Source: Candidatus Uhrbacteria bacterium
GTDB taxonomy: Bacteria > Patescibacteriota > Patescibacteriia > JACRJV01
NCBI GenBank assembly: GCA_016215325.1
Contig: JACRJV010000003.1
Span: forward strand, 36,191-100,190
Length of the DNA: 64,000 bases
Direction: 5' to 3'
Notes under the pieces: model-generated
The model's input: only the letters and a program-made list of their open reading frames with translations
The model's database searches: none
What the model was told of the DNA's origin: nothing
Translations under genes and position numbers: made by a program
Shown here: positions 38,303 through 48,500 of the stretch, in pieces
How the letters are laid out: every line of letters starts with the position of its first letter
Numbering within the stretch: position 1 is the first letter of the stretch

Positions 38303-39520
38303 TTAAAAGTTCCAAAATGCTTTTATCGTCGGGATCTGGAAACTGGCAACCATCATGGCATACAGCTGTTTATACGAGGCAACGGTTTCGCCCGCGGCAT
38401 GGTATTGAATCGAAATAAACCACCGAGACCCACCGGAGGTCACGTCGAAGACAGTCAGCAGACCAGTAGGGCTCGTGATACCGGTAAGCCCTGACTTTGT
38501 GGAAACAGATTTGATTTGCGATGCCGACACGTCCGTGTGTTGCGAAAGATACCATTGCTGCGCAGTAACCGATTGGGTATTGACAACGGCGCTGACCGTC
38601 ACCGACGGACCCGTGGGAGACGTGAATACAATTTCATCGCCCGTGCTGGATGTAGACCGTGCCACCCAGGCCGATGGGTACAACAATTCATAGCCCACAC
38701 TCGGATGATGATATTTGTTGACAATGGTCGTCTCCCAAATCTTTTTGGATGAATCGGGACTGTTGGGGCTAAACAGATTTAAGACTTCTTTGCCGTCAGA
38801 AAACCCATCTTGATCCGTATCGGGATTACTAGGGTCCGTGCCAAATACGATTTCTTCCGAATCACTGAACGCGTCCGTGTCCGTATCGACGGCGGCGGTA
38901 AGCGGAGAATCCTTTGTGTCGGCTTGCACTGTTGGAGGGGTTGCTGTTGTATCGGTTGTTGTTCCCGTTGGAGTATTGGCGGCGCCTGTTGTCGTCCCAT
39001 TAGTTGCTGAATTCGTTCCTGCTGCAGACGCGCCCCCTGTCGCCGAACCGACTGGAGCAGTCCCCGTTGTCGAAGGATCTTGGCCAGAAGGCTTGACAGC
39101 GGTGGAGTCGGGAGCTGTTGATGGGGGGTTGCTCGCTGAGGTATCGGGAGGTGTTGGTGTCGGCGCCGAGTTAGATGGCGACGTCTTGGCGATCTCGGGC
39201 GTTGGTTCATTCGTTCCCAAACGATTCTGTACAAGCATGCTAATACCCACAATCGCCCCTCCAACGACAATCACGACGAGGGTGACGAGCCCGATTTTTT
39301 TCCATGGGAGACTTGCCTTGGGCGGAATGAAAAACTTGGATGGCATGACGGTGACATGTTCTTCCTGAATAAGCGGTGTGCCACCCGCCGGTTTTACAGA
39401 AGGCGCAGATGCGGGTTGAGCAGCGGGAGTTGCAGTGGGAGCAACCGGAGCAGGCGATGCCGGAGGAGCACCCGTGCCGCTGCCGACAGTGGGCAAGTTG
39501 GGTGGAGCAGAGTCGAACAT
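38303..39520 (-). CDS. Single-TM surface protein with Pro/Thr/Ser-rich linker, Ca-binding DxDxDG repeats and a C-terminal globular (PsbP-like?) domain
   Basis: TM IGLVTLVVIVVGGAIVGI; DTDTDAFSDSEE...DPSNPDTDQDGFSDGKE; YELLYPSAW. Confidence 0.75.
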   Translation of the reverse strand: MFDSAPPNLPTVGSGTGAPPASPAPVAPTATPAAQPASAPSVKPAGGTPLIQEEHVTVMPSKFFIPPKASLPWKKIGLVTLVVIVVGGAIVGISMLVQNRLGTNEPTPEIAKTSPSNSAPTPTPPDTSASNPPSTAPDSTAVKPSGQDPSTTGTAPVGSATGGASAAGTNSATNGTTTGAANTPTGTTTDTTATPPTVQADTKDSPLTAAVDTDTDAFSDSEEIVFGTDPSNPDTDQDGFSDGKEVLNLFSPNSPDSSKKIWETTIVNKYHHPSVGYELLYPSAWVARSTSSTGDEIVFTSPTGPSVTVSAVVNTQSVTAQQWYLSQHTDVSASQIKSVSTKSGLTGITSPTGLLTVFDVTSGGSRWFISIQYHAAGETVASYKQLYAMMVASFQIPTIKAFWNF

Positions 39521-39536
39521 ACGCGTTAGGAATGAA

Positions 39537-39567
39537 GAGATAAGCCTGCCTGCCGGCAGGGAGATAA
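39537..39567. repeat. Short GC-rich palindrome (CCTGCCGGCAGG core) flanked by GAGATAA direct repeats
   Basis: GAGATAA-GCCTGCCTGCCGGCAGG-GAGATAA read directly. Confidence 0.8.
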
Positions 39568-39586
39568 CGAATGTTACGATTGAACA

Positions 39587-42500
39587 TTACGGTTTATTGA
39601 GGCGCAACAAATTGGCATTGCACCCATTTGCTCCAATAGATTTGGCAACATTCGAAGCAACACCGTTGACAAACGGGCCGGGAGTCAGTGCGCTAAACGG
39701 ATCCCCAATCTCCCGGTCGCGGCTAAACCCAGGACGACTGGACGGCCATACCTCAAAGAATGTTCCCAAATACCCATCGGCGATAGATGGTACGTTATTC
39801 GGGCCTTTTGCGCTATAGACATACGCGCGAGCATTGCCGGCACTGGGGCATTGGAAGTTTTTTGCTGCCTCATCCCAGCACGTTTGCGGGTCGTGCGGAC
39901 GATTGCATCCGACAAAGTAATTGAGTGGATCACTTGCGATCCGCGGCCCTCCATCAAGATTCTCTTTCAGGGTCTCCTGCCAGCTCGGCCACGTACTGTA
40001 GCTTAACCCACGAATGAACGTCCCGGCGGTGAGTTCGGGGAATTTGCTGTTTTGCGTGGCATAATTCTTGAGACGCACTTCCAAATCACGCAAGTCAGAA
40101 GCCCGCCGCACATCGCGTTTTAGCGCAGTGCGCACCCCAGGATCGTCAATATTAAGCGCGAACTTCCAACGATTGAGCAGCTGTGGGACAACGGATTGCA
40201 TTTCTTTGCGGGCATCCTTTGTGATCGAGAGCAGATACACGTTCGTAAAGAGCTGCTTATATCGTGAACGGGCAGTCATACCATCAGAACCGACAACTGT
40301 ATTATCAAGCACGTCATCATCGCGCAAGCGGGCCATTGTATAATACCACGTATCCCCTTCCTGGATACCATCCACGCAGTCTTCGCCCTCGGGCAATGTC
40401 GGTGCGTAGGTCCGTCGATTCTGGCAATCAATACTGCTGACGCTCGCGCGGTCGGCGCGAGGATTTACAACCGCGTTCGACTCCAAATACCAGCGAGCCG
40501 CGGAGAATTGTTGGCCATTTTGCATCACCGTGAGAGCAATCAAATCAGGCGCACCTGGTTCTCGGAAGTAGAATTGCTTCAATCGCTGGCTGGCAGGGGT
40601 TCGAAGCCGCGGCAATTCGACGCTTTGCAACCGAAGATCTGGCAACAACTTGGGCATTGCGTAGACTTTAATCGAGCTCAATATTCCGGATGCACCCTCA
40701 TTGTCTGCAATGCGATACCGCGGTTCGATGGATTGCGAAATGGGCGCCACCGGCACATTCAAGCCGCTCCCCTGCCGAAGCCATGTTACACTCACCGGCA
40801 TGACCATCGTCCTGGAGAGGGTCCCTTGGCCTACCGTCACCGTGATGTTGGCCGTACCGTTGCCAACAGAACTGATGGCGAGTTGCTCGCTCCCGAGCCC
40901 CGGCTCATCCTGTCCGGAGTGGATTCTGACAATGTTGTTGTTGCCGTCAGATGATGCCCAGGTATAGGTCAGTCCGGTCTTAATTTGTGTGCCATTTTGA
41001 TCGTAGCCCTCTACCTTAAATAAGTGTTGATTTCCCGCTGTCGCCGGATCATCGTCGTCGCTACAGCGATCGCCCACACACGAAAATGCATCACTGCGCA
41101 CTTCTTCCAACGGCACTCCATCGCGGCAGTACCCAATCGAGAACGATTGATATTGACCATTGATGCTCTGTTCCCCCGGAATCCGGCTGAAGTTACCGCT
41201 GCGCAAATGCATGGTCGCGTCATACTGATTAAAGAGGAAGCGATTGGCATAATCTCGAGTGTCGTCAAAGGGGAATGCCCCCACTTGCGATGGCCAGGGA
41301 TGCTCACAGGGGAAGACCTCAACATTAAGTGAGCGCGTTGCCGATGTCCCACCTTGCGCATAAACGCCATCGCCCTCCGCGGTAAATCGAATCGTCGATG
41401 TCCCAGCATCCCCATTTGCGGTGACATACACGCCGCTTAATCGATTGCTTGCATGGATCGAATTGGGCAAAACAGTCCATTGCGCAGATGTGCTTGGCTT
41501 TGGCTCGAGACGCTGATAGAAGCCCAATTGTTTGTTGAGCATATTGGCGGGCGTACCGCTCAAATCCGACAATGTGAGGAGGGTATCGAGCCGCGGATTT
41601 GAAGGGATCACCTCTGCGCGCACATCCAGCCATAACGGTTGTGTGCCTTCTTGATCGGCATAGGCTTGCAAAAGATAACGATGTTGAACACCCGTCCGCC
41701 CTTTGAGCCCATAATAGCAATTCTCCCACTGCGCGAACGGATCGGACGCGCTGTAATTGATGAGCCGGCTCATTGCCTGCCAGTAGTCCGCCGCTGCCGG
41801 GTCCGGACATACGGTATTTGCGGGCCCATCCATGTCATCAGGGCAGGTATCACGACCAGCGCACAAGAAACTGTCGCTATAGATATTAGTAAGTGGTAAC
41901 TCCTCGTCGGCCGTTGTTGCCCGCTGCAACCGCAGCTGGCGCAACATACCAAGGCTTTGCGGCGCGATAAGATCCAATCGCTTCACTTCGCCGCCAAGCC
42001 CTATGGTCAATGAATTATTCGTCTCGTCTGTTTCTTCCACGGATCGCAACCCATCAAGATCAAGGCGAACCGACCGATATGTTGCGAGTGATTGTGTCGG
42101 ATCCTGGAAGACAACATCCACCACCGCATCCGGATCGAGTGGAGAATCCAGCGGCGGGATCACTCCGGAGCCACCCGGAATGGGGGTTGCAAACGTTGAC
42201 TCTTTAAATATTCCATTTTCATACAATAAGGCGGCAAAATTCTGTGTCACCACCCCAGGCCCCAGGTTGATGGCCCGGAACTTCAGCTTCCATATCCCGC
42301 CTTCTTCAAACCGTTCAAAGGGGCTGGCGGTAAATGCCAAATCCGGAAGATTGCGACCCACAATAACCTGACGACCATTGTTTTCTTCGTCGGATTCTTG
42401 GATCATGTTGTCGCGATAGCTTGGATTCCCCCGTATCTGCGTGACAACATATTCAGAACTCGAATCTGGAAAAACTTCCGTATCCTGATCCAACGAATCC

Positions 42501-45500
42501 AGGACCACGCGCAATGCATTCGGTTGGTTCACATTAATATCAGATGGCAAGATAAATTGCAGCGTCAGTGTTGCGCCAGGATCCATCCGCTTCGGCTCTT
42601 GTCTTGGCCATGTATCGAGCCACAAGAGTTTGTTGTTCCAATAGATGCTCACCGGGAAATCCCGCATTGCAGCGATGGACCCTTGATTTTTTATGACCAC
42701 CTGTCCATAGTGCGTCCGCCGTATCATACCGGAACAAACGGGTAAATTTGCACTCGCGCCATCACAAGTCAACGCGCTTAACGATTCGATTGTAAGGTCG
42801 GGGAGCCGCGGCCCTTGATCAATCCCCGCATACGCCAAGGTGATCCAATTATTGACGGACGATCCGGCGCTACTGAATCCTGGCAGGCCCCATGCCGATA
42901 TTCCCAAATACCCTTCGGGATAGTTATGGGCGATGGCAATCTCCGGCAGTGAATTAACGCGGATCTGCGAATCCGCACGGTCGCCGTTTACTTCGAACGC
43001 AAGGTTCGTAAAGGATCCAATCCACCAGTCTAGCGCGGCCTCAATTTCATGGGCATCCCGTTGCTCGTCGCTCGTGGGCGTCGCGATATCGTAGACACGG
43101 ATACGGTACTGATGTTGTGCTTGCCCATCGCGCGCGTACTCGTCTCTGCCGCCAGTGGGGAACGGCCGATTCTGGGAATCGAAGATTTCAACCGACCGAA
43201 CCAATGGCAACGCAACCGTGACCCGCATGGTTTTGCGCGCCGAACGACCATTGATTTGCCGCGCGATCACGGTCACATCAAAGCTGCCGTTGTCTACCGG
43301 CGTTGCGAACAAATCATCCCCTTGATTGGTGCTCTGCCGTTGATGATTGCTTAACTGAACGCCCGCGACACCCGAAGAACCTTGTCCAACAGCCCACTCG
43401 AACGACGCATCGAGCCGACAATCACCATCGGCACTGCAGGCTTGCGCACTCCACCGATGTTGCACTCCCGGATCAGAACCCCGATCATCGGCGCAACGCG
43501 TCCCCCCACAGGCAAACGAGTCGCTCGTTGCCGGGGTATCAGGGCCAGGATCCACAATAATGTTGACATGATCGAGCAGTTTCGGTCCCGGACCAATTTC
43601 CATGGTCGCAGATGCGTTATTGGAAAGCTCGGAATCGCCCACAGCATTATAGGCAAGGATGCGGTAGTGATAGGGGACATCCTGTTGCACGGTCCGATCG
43701 CGGTAGTCTCGCTCCATGGGGTTGACAAATGTCGCCACCAGACAGAAGGCGCCGCTGCCAGAACCGGGAGTTGTCGGACAGGGATTGGTGGGCAGAGGTA
43801 ACTCCGGCTCATCAGCAATAACGGAATCATCCCTGTACAAGCGGAATCCGAGCACCCCCGGACCAGAAGGATGCGGTGACCATTCGAGCGCAATCGTCCC
43901 GTCATCCGCCCATGCGCTTAAATTTGGTCGGTACGGTTCTGTTCCGTCATGTTCGCAATCCGGACAAATTTTACCACTGGCCGGGTCGGATAATGGCGAG
44001 AGTCCCCACTCGTTATAGGCCAAGATGCGATAATGATAGAGGAGATTCGATCGCACAGCGTCATCGCCGTATCGTGTTTGACTGCGGTCAAATACGCCGA
44101 CCAAACAGAGTTGATCGCCAGCGGCCGAGCCTTGAGCGCCGCACGAGGTGGTCGGCAGCGTCGCGAGCTCATCGGGGATCGGCTGGCGGGATCGATACAA
44201 TCGATACTCGTCAAATGGGGCACCCTCGGTATTCGGCAGCCATCGCACTTCAACCGCCTGGCCGTCATCCGTGGCCGAAAGATCGTCCGGTTTAAACGGG
44301 GCCATCCCGATCACTGTGGCGCACTCTTCTATTGTCGCTTCCCCTTCGCCCATCGCATTATAGGCGGCAACCTGATAACACATCACGGACCCCGGGGCGA
44401 GCCCTTCGTCATCGATCACCGTCTCGCTTACTTGTCGTAAGAAAGCAAAACTCCCGCCGTTGCCGTTGCGGCGATAGATGCGGAATCCCAGAATTGCACC
44501 CGTGCCCGATGAGGCCGGAGCTTGCCATCGGATCGTCGCGTGCTCCACGAGTCCTTGGACGGTCAGTGTACGAGGGACTCCTGGCACTTCACCCACCGCC
44601 GTGGGGGTCGCACATTCTTCGCTCGCGGCAACGCCTTCGCCTTGCTGATTATGGGCGCTTACCGCATAGCAATAGACGCGGCCGTTGGCAAGCCCAGAGT
44701 CCTCCAGACGAAGATTCGTGAGCGTCGTCACATCCTTCAAATAGATCAGCGCTCCGTCGTTGCCTTCACGGCGATACACCGTGTACTTGCCAATCGCAGT
44801 CGTGCCGGCGCTTGCAGGCGCTTCCCATGTGAGGACGATGCGGCGATCCAATCCATCCGCAACAACATTCCGTGGCATTCCTGGAACCACCCCCGACGCC
44901 GTTGGAGTTGCGCACCGTTGGTCGGTGACCTCCCCTTCGCCGTGACCGTTCACCGCAGAAACGGCGTAACAATAGACAGTGCCGTTCTCCAGGTTCGCGT
45001 CGTCAAGCAAGAGCGCTGCCGCATTGTCAACATTTCTATAAAAAACCTGCTCTCCGGCATTGCCCACCTTGCGATACACCGTATACTGATCGATGGGAGA
45101 TGAACCGGCGGAAAGCGGTGGCTGCCATGTAATGCGGATGTTCTCATCCGCGGGAGCTGCCGCCAAGTTCCGAGGAATGCCCGGGACGCTATTGCAGGTC
45201 GTACACATGCTCGCGCTAGCGGGATTGGACAACGGCGAATCCCCGACACCATTATACGCCAGGATACGATAATGGTAGACAGTATCCGGCTTTACCGCAC
45301 CATCAACAGCGGTTTCGGCATCTTCCGCAATTGTTGCAGGAACCAAGCAGAACGCATCACTGGCAGTGCTCGCGTTTGCCCCGCAAGAATCGGTCGGCAA
45401 CGAGGTCGGCGCATCCGGGATTGCTTGGCGCGATCGATACAATCGGAACCCTGTCGGCCTCGCTCCCGCAGGACTCACAGACCACGAGAGCGTAAGCGCA

Positions 45501-48500
45501 GCGGCATTGAGCGGACTATTGGTTGCGGTTAAATCCTGGGGCGCAAACGGCGCACCACTGCCGCCGTCCTCGTATTGGCACGTTGCGTCGCATCCATCGC
45601 CATTATTGCGGTTGCCATCATCGCACTGCTCGCCGGGATTAATGGCATTGTTGCCACATAGCTGCGGGTTCTCTAACTCGCATTGTGCGCTGCATCCATC
45701 GCCATTGCTGGTATTGCCATCATCGCACTGCTCGCCGCTATCGATATCCCCGTTGCCGCACGAAGGTCCTGTGCCAATTGTTGCCTTGGCAAATGCATTA
45801 TTCGAGGACGGCGAGTCACCGGCATCGTTGAATGCGAGAATACGGTAGTGATAGATGGTCCCCACAACTACTGCTTGATCAGAGTAATCTTGTGCAGACT
45901 CCTCAAACCGCGACACAAAACAAAATGCAGCGCTTGCGGATGCAGAATCGGTGCCACAGGAAACAGTCGGCAGATTTTCCACTTCGTCCGGTATGGCCTG
46001 GGTGGAACGGTACAGTCGATACCCTTTGGGCGCAGCCCCGTTGGAATTGGATTGCCACACAAGGTGAACACTGCCCGCGCCCTCTGTCGCAGAAAGTACG
46101 GGCGGGAATGGACGCGTTCCATCCTTGCCGCAGGTGGGGCATGCCTTGGCGCTGGCAGGATTTGAGAGCGCCGAATCCCCATCCGCGCCAATCCCAAGAA
46201 TGCGATAATGATACAAAACGTTGGATGTAACGGCGCGGTCGCGATATTCGCGATCCCCTGCCGCAAGGGCACCACTGGCGAGACAGAATGCATCGCTGGC
46301 ATTTTCTTGGCTTGTTCCGCAAGAAACGGTTGGCAACGGCAATGCCGGCTCATCCGGGATTTGGGATCGGGATCGGTACAATCGATATCCGGTCGGCTGT
46401 GGGCCTTGGCTGTTGGGATCCCATTGGATAATGGTGGCGGTTACTCCATCGGTCGCGGTGAGCGTGGGCGGGAATGGTTCGGCGCCCGTGTGGCCACACG
46501 TCGAACAGGTTTTTGCGCTGCCCGCATTGGAAAGCGCGGAATCGCCCGCATCGTTATATCCCAAAATACGGTAGTGGTAGAGCGTATTGGGCTTAATTGC
46601 TCCATCATTGTAATGACGGATATTGCCTTCGAATTGACTCACTCGGCAGAATTCGTTATTAGCATTGCTCGCATTGTTCCCGCAAGAAACGGTCGGCAAC
46701 GATACAGGAGCGTCGAGTATAGGCTGAGTGGATCGATAGAGAGTGAACCCTATTGGCTGGGGCCCATACGGATTCGGGACCCAATCTACGGCGATCCGGC
46801 TGCTTCCATCCGTTGCTGCAAGGTCCGGTGGATATGGTACCGTTTCTTGCCCTTCGGTGCGCTGGCATGTATTCGTACAACCAACACCCGATTTTCCATT
46901 TTGTCCCCCGGCATCGCACTGCTCGCCCGGATCAACTCGATTGTTCCCACACAGCTTAGCGTCTTCTAATTGACACGAACCACTGCACCCATCCCCATCG
47001 CTAGTGTTGCCATCATCGCATTGTTCTCCTCGGGCAGATTGGACCGTCCCATCCCCGCATTCTTCCCCATAACATTGATCTCCAATCAAGACAGGACGCT
47101 CAAGTGGGCAATCAACTACGTTGCACACTTGGCAATCAGCTCCACCGCAATCAATGCCCGTCTCGTCGGCATCTTGGATGCCATTGGCGCAATGCCCTCC
47201 TCCCAGTCCTCCGCAAGAGCGGCAATCTGCCCCTCCGCAATCCACATTGGTCTCATCCGCATCCCTGCGCAAATTAGTACAGTGGCCGCCCACACAGGTG
47301 TTGGTGACTGGATCGCAGGTTTGCCCGTTTTGGCAATCGACATCGGATCGACATTGCGGTGGTCGGCATGACCCGTCGATACATTGCATGCCATACGGGC
47401 AATCCACATCAGTGGAACACAGCGGCACGCAAATGTTGAGCAGCGTGTTGCAGATTTCGCCATCGCGGCAATCATCGTTGCTATCGCAACCCGGGGGCCG
47501 GCATTGTCCAGAACGCAGATCACAAATAAATCCAGGGCGGCAATCGCTGTCTGCCCGACATTCTTGCCCATTATCCGCGCTCTGGCACCGACCGTTGACG
47601 CAGCGGCCGAACGGGCAATCGGCATCCACCGAGCATTGGAGATCTCGACTCGTTAATATATCAAACGGCAACCCATTGGAGGCGACCTCTGCTTGATCGG
47701 ACACTGTCTTCAACCCCCATGGGCACACGCCACGGAAGGTGACCCAACGGCATTCTTGTCGGATGTTGTAGTGGATCACGGTGCGCAATACGACGTCGTC
47801 GCTTTCGGCGGAATCTGGCACTCGCCATCGCACGCTTTCGGGCGTCCAGCTTTGATAGCGCGCATCGAGCCGACCAAGGGTAACCCCCCGAGCATCGGAA
47901 GCCTTACCAAAACGCACACCGCGCGCGACAATAGAATCACCCGTCAATCCATACGATGGGATCAGCCGACAGAGCCCAGGACCAATCGGATCTTGCGTCA
48001 GCGTGAACGCCCCGCTCTGTTGCGGTTTGGTGGTGAGCGCGCCCGCCGGGGTGGTCGGAGCGGTTGTCAACCGAACCAATCCATTTTTTGCGCCCTTGGG
48101 GATTTGGACAATAACCCAGCGATCAGACCACGCAGATCCCGCACACTCTTCCGGCAATATGGCTTGGGCGTCGTCCGTGGGATCTTTGGGGTCTCCTTCA
48201 AAAATCACTTTGCCCGGCACATATCCAAAATTTCCACCGATGATCGTCATCCACCCGCCCTCTGGGCCCCGGTCTGGACTCAAATGATCAATAAACGGGT
48301 CCATGGTAAATGTCACAGGGTTAGATTGGTTCTTGACGACCGTTGCAAGGACATACCCCGTACGCGACCGATTGGGCACCTCCACTTCTGCGCTCGCATC
48401 GGACCACGAACCATATTTCTCCACCGGAATGCCAATAAATTTTACAACGCTGTCTTGGCGCGTATCGCCCAAGTTGTCACCACGCAACGCAACCGGGTCG

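Noticed and set aside
43945-46510. CxxC linkers as c-type heme sites
   Set aside because: They read CSTCGH, CPTCGK, CTTCNS and CPDCEH; none is CxxCH
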